Shown in pieces: positions 1 through 7,945 of a stretch of DNA of 64,000 bases; the stretch's first letter is position 1; each line of letters starts with the position of its first letter. The DNA is taken from assembly GCA_963795355.1 (NCBI GenBank), contig CAWCHM010000009.1, positions 172,932-236,931 on the forward strand, given 5' to 3'. The notes beneath the pieces were generated by a model. It was not told where the DNA came from and did not search any database. It was given only the letters and a program-made list of their open reading frames with translations. The stretch comes from an uncultured Acidobacteriota bacterium. GTDB taxonomy: Bacteria; Acidobacteriota; Terriglobia; Acidiferrales; UBA7541. The translations under genes and the position numbers were made by a program.

Positions 1-683
1 CACACTCCAAATCTCCACATCCAGATCCGCCACCACGCCTCAGCCCTCACCGCTTGCAGCGTATCGACTTCTTCCGCCAGCAAACATCCGAGCAGCCACA
101 CCGGCAGCAAAATCGCCGCCGTCCCCAACGGACCGTAGTCGTGCCACGACAATGCACGCACATGCGTGGCCGCCACTCCCACGCTTACAGCAAACGCTGC
201 CGGGATCACGCGGTCCCAGCTAACGATGCGCCGCAATCGCCGCAACAACGGATACACCGCGTAATAAATCTCTTCGCACAACAAACTCCACAGCGGCGAC
301 TGCCACAAAATCGAATGCTCGCCCCAAAACACAAATCGCTGTCCCACAAATCGATATACTCCGACCGCCGCCGCGACCGGAATCACAATCCGCGTGTACC
401 GCCGCAAATAATAGCGGCCCACCTCCATCTTTCGATCGCCGCGATACGGCAAGTGAATGCAAAATCCCGAAATCACAAAAAACACAATGACCGCCGGCGT
501 CCCAAACACAATCGACTGCCACCCATGCACTACAAATCGCCCAACGCGCGTCGTTTCATCCACGCCCGCAAACAGCGGAAACGTTTCGAAGTGCCCGATC
601 GTCACCCACAGCGCCAACACGAACCGCAACGCATCCAGCACCGCATATCGCCGCTGGCCCTCCGGTTTGTCGAACGTGCGCAT
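1..683 (-). CDS. Acyltransferase family 3 (OafA-like) membrane protein, truncated by the window edge
   Basis: Not in the ORF track because it runs off the edge. My minus-strand translation from ATG 683 (AGGA RBS) reads MRTFDKPEGQRRYAVLDALRFVLALWVTIGH...VFFVISGFCIHLPY...LRRYTRI...WSLLCEEIYY, which contains the AT3 motifs LDxLR, FFVISGF and WSLxxEExYY. Confidence 0.85.
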   Translation of the reverse strand, partial: MRTFDKPEGQRRYAVLDALRFVLALWVTIGHFETFPLFAGVDETTRVGRFVVHGWQSIVFGTPAVIVFFVISGFCIHLPYRGDRKMEVGRYYLRRYTRIVIPVAAAVGVYRFVGQRFVFWGEHSILWQSPLWSLLCEEIYYAVYPLLRRLRRIVSWDRVIPAAFAVSVGVAATHVRALSWHDYGPLGTAAILLPVWLLGCLLAEEVDTLQAVRAEAWWRIWMWRFGV

Positions 684-689
684 CAAGTC

Positions 690-2738
690 CTATTTCGAAG
701 TCACGGCTGGAACAGCATAGTTCGCGTATTGCTCCGTTCGCTCTCCGCTCAGTCGCGAAGCTAGCAGCGACTCTGCCCCTGCCTTAGCTTCTGCGGTGCC
801 CACGCGAAGGATGCAGTGCGCATGATTTTGCTCGCAGCCCTGCTTGCAAGGCTCAGTCGCGGATTCCGGCTGAAGCACGCGATGCTCGCTCGTCCACGGT
901 CCGAATCGCAGCGGGGAATTCTCATGATTCGCATCGCCACTCTTCGGATGGCATGAAATCTCGAGCACCGCGCTGCCCGCCGCTGCCGCCAAATGCATCG
1001 GCCCAGAATCGTTTGCCACCGTCAGCTGCGCCTTCTCTAAGAGCGCGCCTGTCTGTCGAAGGCTCAGTCCGCCGCAAAAATTGATCGCCCCAGGAACTGC
1101 CTGCTTGACGCGATCGCCGCACTGAACATCTTCCGGCCCTCCAACGACGACGATCCTCGCGCCATGCTGTGCTTCGAGAAATCTCCCCATCTCCACAAAT
1201 CGCGCTAGCGGCCATCGTCGCCGGCGATGAGCAGCACCCACGCCCAGCGCAATGATCGGATCGTTCGCAGATACTCCGTTCAATTCAAGCATCCTGCGAA
1301 TCGTCTCGCGATCATCGGCCGATAACCAAAGCTCCAAACATTTTTCGCGGACCGCCCCACCCGCAAATCGCAACAAATCCAGGTTGCGCTCGACCTCATG
1401 TTTCACCGTTGAATCACGGATCGCGTGCGTCAACAGCAAATCGAATCCTCGATTCACTTCGCTCTTCGAAGCGGAAACGTCCTCCGAGTAAGCAACACGC
1501 TGTCTGGCGCCGCTGAAATTGGCGAGATAAGCCGAATGATACAGGTCGGCGTCCCAGCGCGGGATCAAAGCAAGATCAAATCGATTTCCTCGAATCTGGC
1601 CTCGCGAAAACCGCAGCGCCTCCAGGACTCGCCCCAAATTTACCGTGGTTCCGCAAAAAGACAGCTCCGCTCCCAGAACGCGATTCACATACGGACATTG
1701 TTCGACAAGATTGAGGAGCTTAGGGTCGACAACGAAGGTTATTCGCGCTCCCGGGTTCGACCTGCGCAATTCGCGTAGAAATGCGCTCGTCAAAACAAGA
1801 TCGCCGATGCTGTCCTGTCGAATGACAAGAATATTCGCCGCGTTTCGCACGGATGCTTCCACGTCGCGAGTGTTGTCGCCGCGACTGGTGCCGCCATAAA
1901 GCAGCGCCTTCGAATAAATCCTGGTCATTCGCGGCGAGATCATCGCTCGGGTGGCGCTCGCCGCTGTTCGCCTTGCAAACCGCACCGGCGCTCGATAAAC
2001 CGCACTCACGGATGAGGAAGCAAAACTACTCTTTGAAATCAGGGCCGGAAAATCGACCCGCGCGGTGCCCTTGCGGACCGCGTACGCGCAATCCGACACC
2101 AATGTCGGCTTCTCGATCTTGTCTCGAAAGAATTCGTCGACCGCTTTCATCGCACCGGGGCACGACGGCGCCGCATAGTCGTCGAACAGTATGATTCCGC
2201 CTGCGTCCAAGCGTGGATAGACGAATTCGCACGCTTCTTTCACACTGTGATACAGATCGGCATCGATGTGAGCGAAGCAAAAATGCTGCCGGCTCACTTC
2301 CTGCAGCGTGTCGGAAAACAATCCGGGATGGAATCGAAACGGAAATCCAGGAACAACATGACTCAGGCTCTCAGAGACCATCGCGGCACTCGTGTCCGAA
2401 AAATCGAACTCTTCGTGGGTATCCAGTTCTATCGTCGGAGGCATGCCTCCGAACGTGTCGAAGAGATGAACCGCCCGTTCGAGTCCAGCGCGCCGCAACA
2501 TCCAGCCGATTGCAGCCGCGCTGCCTCCACGATACACACCCATCTCAATTACTTCGCCGTCGCATTTCGACGCGGCCAACTTCACCAATTCCAGCACGGC
2601 CAAAATCCGCCGCGGATCAAGGAGCGAATGCAATCTGCACTGCTCGAGCGCTTTGAGACACTGAGCAAGATCCGGCGAGTAGCGAACAGAAAATTCGCTG
2701 ATCTCCCGCGGAGCGCTCGCTGGCTTTGCTCTCTTCAA
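690..2738 (-). CDS. Fusion of a TylF/MycF-type O-methyltransferase (N-terminal) and a GT9 heptosyltransferase-like glycosyltransferase (C-terminal)
   Basis: The N half has EMGVYRGGS, LFDTFGGMP, HIDADLY and FDDY. The C half has ILVIRQDSIGDLVLT, RRWP and VANDSGPMHLAAA. The start is probably TTG 2738, which overlaps the upstream TGA and follows a GAGGG RBS; the ORF track starts at 2765. Confidence 0.85.
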   Translation of the reverse strand: MKRAKPASAPREISEFSVRYSPDLAQCLKALEQCRLHSLLDPRRILAVLELVKLAASKCDGEVIEMGVYRGGSAAAIGWMLRRAGLERAVHLFDTFGGMPPTIELDTHEEFDFSDTSAAMVSESLSHVVPGFPFRFHPGLFSDTLQEVSRQHFCFAHIDADLYHSVKEACEFVYPRLDAGGIILFDDYAAPSCPGAMKAVDEFFRDKIEKPTLVSDCAYAVRKGTARVDFPALISKSSFASSSVSAVYRAPVRFARRTAASATRAMISPRMTRIYSKALLYGGTSRGDNTRDVEASVRNAANILVIRQDSIGDLVLTSAFLRELRRSNPGARITFVVDPKLLNLVEQCPYVNRVLGAELSFCGTTVNLGRVLEALRFSRGQIRGNRFDLALIPRWDADLYHSAYLANFSGARQRVAYSEDVSASKSEVNRGFDLLLTHAIRDSTVKHEVERNLDLLRFAGGAVREKCLELWLSADDRETIRRMLELNGVSANDPIIALGVGAAHRRRRWPLARFVEMGRFLEAQHGARIVVVGGPEDVQCGDRVKQAVPGAINFCGGLSLRQTGALLEKAQLTVANDSGPMHLAAAAGSAVLEISCHPKSGDANHENSPLRFGPWTSEHRVLQPESATEPCKQGCEQNHAHCILRVGTAEAKAGAESLLASRLSGERTEQYANYAVPAVTSK

Positions 2739-3457
2739 TTCACTTCCCTCTGTGCACAGACCCAAAAGCTGTACATCGCGTCCGGTCCATCGTCGCGTGC
2801 GATCACCTTGCAGTGATTCTGTTCAAGGGCCTTCCTGACGATCGCCGGCGTTGGCGTCCATTTGTGATCGCCTCCCACAAACGGCGACCCAACTTCCCAG
2901 ATCCCACAATCGGGATGCGGCAGATACAAGAAAACATTTCCTGCGTGCTTCACCTTCGAAATCCACTCGCGCAGTTTCTCTTCCCAGTCGGCGTTGTGCT
3001 CAAGACAGTGCGAGCTGAATACAAAATCCTGACTCTCGGCAGGAATTTCGTCGATGTTCGTGGCCGCTCCGGGACCTCTCCACGTGTCGACCGGAATCGC
3101 TCCGGGCAAGGGCCACAATCCTGCCCCGATGTCGATTCCACTTCCCTTGCAATACTTCAGAGCTTCCCGAAAAATCGCGTGACACGCGCCGCCCACCGTC
3201 AAGTAGTCCGGATAAAATTTCCCTTTGTATTCCCACCCTCCCGGCTTTCGCTTTGCTGATGGCTGTTGCAACAACTCTCGGTAGACTCGAAATATGTCCG
3301 GCGCATCGGATAGCGTTTCCAATGGCTGCGTCTTTGTCCTGCGCACCAGTTCCCTGAATCTAAGGAAATAGTGTGAAACACCATGCCGATCTCTTCGATT
3401 TTGACTTTCAACCTTCATGTTCGCCGGTACCCATCGATACGGTTCCTGTGCAAGCAT
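2735..3457 (-). CDS. Class I SAM-dependent methyltransferase
   Basis: GIDIGAG motif I and DFVFSSHCLEH. Alternative start at ATG 3418. Confidence 0.8.
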   Translation of the reverse strand: MLAQEPYRWVPANMKVESQNRRDRHGVSHYFLRFRELVRRTKTQPLETLSDAPDIFRVYRELLQQPSAKRKPGGWEYKGKFYPDYLTVGGACHAIFREALKYCKGSGIDIGAGLWPLPGAIPVDTWRGPGAATNIDEIPAESQDFVFSSHCLEHNADWEEKLREWISKVKHAGNVFLYLPHPDCGIWEVGSPFVGGDHKWTPTPAIVRKALEQNHCKVIARDDGPDAMYSFWVCAQREVN

Positions 3458-3487
3458 TTCTTCGTGATCTGTGAATTTTCCGCCGCT

Positions 3488-4710
3488 TCACCTGTTTACG
3501 TTAGGTTCGGCGGTGAAGGGCACGGGGAAATTCAAAATTCCGTTCCATCGGTCGTCCGGATGTTGGTGACTATCCGTCACTACACACAGTTCCGGCACGC
3601 ACTCATACGTATCCACCAGGTCGGATTGCTCCCAAAAACTGACGAACCAGCTGTAGAGTCCCGGTCGTAGCGGAAGTATCGGAAACGCGTGGCGAAGTTC
3701 GTGACGGCCGATTTCGAGCTTCAATCCATCGATCGCCCGGCCCCAGACGATTTCTCGGTTGTGGTTGTAGAGCGCCACACCATGATGTCCGTACCGGATC
3801 GGCGTGTTGACCTGCAGCGCAAACTTGATCGTAACTGGCCCGAATGATTCCAATTTGTGGCGGTTATCCGGCTCCGCTCCTTCGATTTCCCACCCGTAAA
3901 TTGTGCCGCCGTTTCGCTCTGCTTATTGACCGCGTCGGGCTGCCGATCGCCCCGCGCCATCGCCGCTTCATAAGCACTCACAACTTCATGCGCAGGCCCC
4001 ACCATACGAACAGCCCCGCCATCCACCCACACCACCCGGTCGCACAATCTTCGCATCTGGTTCATCTGGTGCGACACCAGCACCACCGTTCGTCCCGCGC
4101 GCGCCACATCTCCCATCTTCCCCAGACACTTCTTCTGAAAATTGATGTCCCCGACTGCCAGCACTTCATCCACTAGCAAAATCTCCGGCTCCAGGTGTGC
4201 CGCCACCGCAAACGCCAGCCGCACATACATGCCACTCGAATAATGCTTCACCGGCGTGTCGATAAACTTTTCGATCTCCGCAAACGCGATGATCTCGTCC
4301 AGCTTTCGGTCGATCTCGCGCTTTTTCATTCCCAACAGCGACCCGCTGAAATATGTATTCTCTCGCCCGGACAGTTCGCCGTGAAATCCCGTCCCGACTT
4401 CCAGCAGGCTCCGCACGTGCCCGCGAATCTCCGCATGCCCGGTCGTCGGCCGCGTAATCCGCGACAATATCTTTAGCAGCGTCGTCTTCCCCGCTCCATT
4501 CCGCCCGATCAGCCCCATGACCTCGCCCTCTTTCACTTCGAGCGAAACGTCCTTCAGCGCCCAAAACGACTCCTGCTTCGAACGCCGCAGTGCCGCCACT
4601 GGATTCCGCGCAAATCGCGTGATCGAGTCGCGCAGCATCCCGCGCGCTTCCACCGCCCCGCGCGAGTACCGCTTCCCCAACCCCTCCGCCGCAATCACCG
4701 CCGTCGCCAT
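3488..4710 (-). pseudogene. wzt: Wzt ABC ATPase with a C-terminal carbohydrate-binding domain, split by a 1-bp frameshift near 3892-3896 (real, or an assembly error)
   Basis: Walker A GRNGAGKTT, signature YSSGM and Walker B LLVDE lie in ORF 3721-4710. The frame of ORF 3488-3853 continues as FTG|WEIEG...LRPGLY...GILNFP, which looks like a Wzt C-terminal domain. The joined length is about 407 aa. Confidence 0.85.
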
Positions 4711-4742
4711 CCCGCCCCTTCACTCCCGCCCAGTTCGTTCCT

Positions 4743-4785
4743 GGGTGCCGCACCCTCAGTTTTTAGAGGGTGCGGGTTTTGACTT
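4743..4785 (+). repeat. REP-like hairpin, GGGTG-CCGCACCCTC family, copy 1
   Basis: Arms CGCACCCTC (4749-4757) and GAGGGTGCG (4766-4774), followed by GGTTTTGACT. A near-identical copy lies at 58917-58958. Confidence 0.75.
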
Positions 4786-4869
4786 TCCTTCGAGCGTCGT
4801 ACCCAAATCAACCTGTTCGAACAGTGCCGCCTGCATCTCCAAGAATCCAAATGATTTACAAATTACACT

Positions 4870-4898
4870 TTGACGACTTCAATAACATTCGATAGGAT
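4870..4898 (+). promoter_or_regulatory. Sigma70-like promoter with no cognate plus-strand gene (cassette A)
   Basis: TTGACG-N17-TAGGAT; both flanking genes are on the minus strand. Confidence 0.6.
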
Positions 4899-4980
4899 TT
4901 CGCTGTGAGCGCTACCCAAAGCGCCCGACGGAGTCACCCTCGCCATAAAAGCATTTCCGCGTTCGCTGCAAAAACTCCCG

Positions 4981-5068
4981 TAAGCCCTTTAAAATCACAT
5001 TCTTGCCTCAGGACGAGGCCTAACTCCCCTGGAATCACATTCTTACGAAAAAGCTACCGGGGGTACCC
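4981..5068 (+). repeat. Pair of 26-bp sites 40 bp apart plus a G-run (cassette A)
   Basis: TAAGCCCTTTAAAATCACATTCTTGC (4981-5006) and TAACTCCCCTGGAATCACATTCTTAC (5021-5046), then CGAAAAAG and GGGGGTACCC. Confidence 0.7.
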
Positions 5069-5076
5069 ACCCTTCT

Positions 5077-5988
5077 TCACACCCGATCCGCAACTGTTCC
5101 TTCCACCCGCTGGAAGAAAATCAATCCCGCAACCACCAGCAACAACACAACAACCGCCGAAACCGCCATCTGCGCGCCCGGAGGCTTTCCAACTCCCGTC
5201 AATGCCCAGCGGAATCCATCGATGACACCCGCCATCGGATTCAGCCCATACAGCCAGCGCCACCGCTCCGGCACCAGCGAACTCGGATACGCCACCGGCG
5301 ACGCCAGCATCCAGAACTGCACGACGAACGGAATGATCGACGCGACATCGCGATACAAAGCGTTCAACGCCGAAGTCCAGAGCCCGACACCGAGCGCGGT
5401 CGCCACGGCGAGCAGCAAGAACACAGGTAGCAGCGCCACGGTCGCCGGCGGATGGATTCCAAAACTCAACGTCAAAATAATCATCACCACGAAGCCGATC
5501 ACGAAATCGAGCAATCCCGAGCACACCGCGGCCAGCGGCAGTACGAGCCGCGGAAAATATACTTTGGTGATGACATGCTGATTGGCAACGACGATCGTCG
5601 TGCAGTTTTGCAGCGCCTGCGCGAAATATGTCCACGGCACCAACGCCGCAAAATAGAAAACTGGATACGGAAGTCCCTCGGAGGGCAGCTTTGCCAATCG
5701 CCCGAAAAAGATTGTGAAGACGCCCATCGTCATCAGCGGTTGCAGGATCACCCAAGCGACGCCGATCACCGTCTGCTTGTATCGAACCTTGACGTCGCGC
5801 CAGACGAAGAAATACAGCAGCTCGCGATATTCCCAAAGCTCGCGCAGCCGCAGCTCGAGCAGCCCGCGTGGCGGCTCGATCCTCACCGTCACAATCGCAT
5901 GCGCAGGAATCGGCAACGCTTCCGCAACAGCTTTCGCGGCGGCGAGAGCGCCATCGGCCGAAGACGGAGGTGTAGTGACTGTCGCCAT
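5077..5988 (-). CDS. wzm: Wzm ABC-2 type polysaccharide transporter permease
   Basis: ELWEYRELLYFFVWRDVKVRYKQT, six hydrophobic segments, RD...FWMLASPVAYP and NPMAGVIDGFR; adjacent to wzt. Confidence 0.92.
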   Translation of the reverse strand: MATVTTPPSSADGALAAAKAVAEALPIPAHAIVTVRIEPPRGLLELRLRELWEYRELLYFFVWRDVKVRYKQTVIGVAWVILQPLMTMGVFTIFFGRLAKLPSEGLPYPVFYFAALVPWTYFAQALQNCTTIVVANQHVITKVYFPRLVLPLAAVCSGLLDFVIGFVVMIILTLSFGIHPPATVALLPVFLLLAVATALGVGLWTSALNALYRDVASIIPFVVQFWMLASPVAYPSSLVPERWRWLYGLNPMAGVIDGFRWALTGVGKPPGAQMAVSAVVVLLLVVAGLIFFQRVEGTVADRV

Positions 5989-6188
5989 CAAAATCTCAAC
6001 GCGTTTCACCGCGCGAAAAAGGTCTCAAATGAGCTGGGAACTCTCGAAATAGGCTATCAGAGCCGCGCGAAATGCAATCGCCGGCGAACGCGTTTGTTTC
6101 GTGGAATGCGCTACCAAGTACTATTCGCAGTTTGAGTCTTTCGATGCGGATTTCATTCCGCTCAGTGCTCGACCGATTTTTTGAAAAG

Positions 6189-7754
6189 CTATTTGGCATG
6201 CATTTGCTCGATGTCGCGCTGCTCGATCTGCTGCATCAGGTTTGATCGATGAAACAGGTAGCCTTGCGCCTTCGCGACAATTTCTCGCGGCACGATTGCG
6301 AACTGGTTGTGAATCATCTCGCTCCACACGATCGGTCCGCGCGCTGGGACAAGATGCGTTCCCCACTGAAAGATGAACGCCATGTTCCACAGGATGAGAA
6401 GCGCAGCCGCAGCGCCAAACGTCGCTAACGCTATTCGCTGAGACGCAAAGAATCTCGCAGCGCGGCTGAAGAAAACAGCAAGGCCAATGATGAAGATCGG
6501 AGTCAGCGAAACGAAGAAGCGATTTCCGTACGAGGAGATCCCTGTCCAATCGGGATAGCACGCGATGAACACATAAAACGCGAGCATCGCCGCAAGGATC
6601 GCGCCTCCGACCCGCGGTTCGCGCAGCGCAAAGATCAAAACGCCGATGCACGCCAACGCAATCACCGGAGTCCACGAGACCAATCCGTGTTCCGACGAAA
6701 ACAGCACTGCGAGAAAATACGGTGAGCGCCACGCCCAGTCTTTCAGCGATACATAACCCGACTCGAACGGGTTTCCGTAAATCACGTAGCGCGACGCAAG
6801 CGTCGGGAACATACAAGCAATCATGACCAAACCGAACTGCACATGGTTTGTCACAAGCTGCGGCAAACTCGGTTGAGTCTCGTGCTCCAATGAAAATTGT
6901 CGTCGCAATGCGGCGAAATATTGCGGAACAGCTTCGACGATCAGGACCGCAAGCACCATCGCGTTTGGGTAATAGACGTTGAGCATCAAGCCTGCGATGG
7001 CCGCGAGCACGAACCATTGCGTCGTGCTACGTGTTTCACGGGTTTTGTGCCAATACCAGAGGAACAGCGCGACCACGAACGCGGAATGCGCGTGCGACCA
7101 CGACGGGTTAAAATACATGTAAACAGGCAGCGAACTCGCCCACCAGATCGCGACCGTCGCAAGAAAAGCCCAGCGCTCGCCGGCATATTTCGTCGCCAAA
7201 CGCATCGCTAACAGCAAGCCGAGGAATCCGTACACCGCGGTTCCCAGCGCCATCGCAAATCGATACGGCGCGGAGAATCCATCCGCAGCGACGTTCGAGC
7301 CAAAAGCGCGAGCGACGAGAACGCCAGCATGCGCCACGACCAGAAACGGCGCCCACAAAATCGCTGGACCGACGGTGAAGTGATTTTCGAGATGATTCGT
7401 CGTCGTGCGAAACACCGACTTCGGATTGCCGTTTTCGTCGAGGCGCGCGTCGCGGAAACTCGCATTGGCGGCGTTGTAATCAGGAGTGAAATCGAGATTG
7501 TGTTGGATCAGCACAGCGCGCGCGAACGCGTAGTAGCCGACTCCGTCTCCGCGCACCCACGGATTCATCAGCGCGAGCGACAGAAAGAACAGTCCGAGGA
7601 GCCAGCGATACGCGCTGCGCCGAGCAGGAGACTTCGCAGTTAGGGAGAATTCAACGTGAGAACGGAGAAATGCGGGAGAACTAGACTCCGCCGGAGACAC
7701 TTCTGCGGCAGTGGCCAGATGGGGCGCCGAAGCGGCTGAATGCGCGGGGGGCAT
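6189..7754 (-). CDS. Multi-pass GT-C fold (family 39/PMT-like) glycosyltransferase
   Basis: A TM segment followed by RGDGVGYYAFAR in the first loop, about 10-12 hydrophobic segments, and polysaccharide-locus context. Confidence 0.65.
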   Translation of the reverse strand: MPPAHSAASAPHLATAAEVSPAESSSPAFLRSHVEFSLTAKSPARRSAYRWLLGLFFLSLALMNPWVRGDGVGYYAFARAVLIQHNLDFTPDYNAANASFRDARLDENGNPKSVFRTTTNHLENHFTVGPAILWAPFLVVAHAGVLVARAFGSNVAADGFSAPYRFAMALGTAVYGFLGLLLAMRLATKYAGERWAFLATVAIWWASSLPVYMYFNPSWSHAHSAFVVALFLWYWHKTRETRSTTQWFVLAAIAGLMLNVYYPNAMVLAVLIVEAVPQYFAALRRQFSLEHETQPSLPQLVTNHVQFGLVMIACMFPTLASRYVIYGNPFESGYVSLKDWAWRSPYFLAVLFSSEHGLVSWTPVIALACIGVLIFALREPRVGGAILAAMLAFYVFIACYPDWTGISSYGNRFFVSLTPIFIIGLAVFFSRAARFFASQRIALATFGAAAALLILWNMAFIFQWGTHLVPARGPIVWSEMIHNQFAIVPREIVAKAQGYLFHRSNLMQQIEQRDIEQMHAK

Positions 7755-7945
7755 CGCGGGTTACATCTTACAGTAATAGGTTGTACTTTGAGTATATGCT
7801 AGCACCATATTTGTGCGCTGCTTCGCACGGGGAGAAAAACGCCAAAACAGGCCGGAGGTCTAGAGGTCGTGCCTGGACGCGCTGAAGCGACGCCCCTGCC
7901 CATGCGTTGAGCGCGATCGTTTGTCGCGAGGGGCGCGACGCGGAC

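Noticed and set aside
54-764. 236-aa plus-strand ORF
   Set aside because: Antisense shadow of the acyltransferase-3 gene; R/H/Q-rich with no motifs.
4981-5046. Repeat pairs as a mini-CRISPR
   Set aside because: Only two degenerate units per locus, 14-24-bp gaps and no cas genes.
4711-5076. Target-site duplication around cassette A (CCCTTC on both sides)
   Set aside because: Only 6 bp; the left copy is the wzt RBS, and no equivalent was found at B or C.
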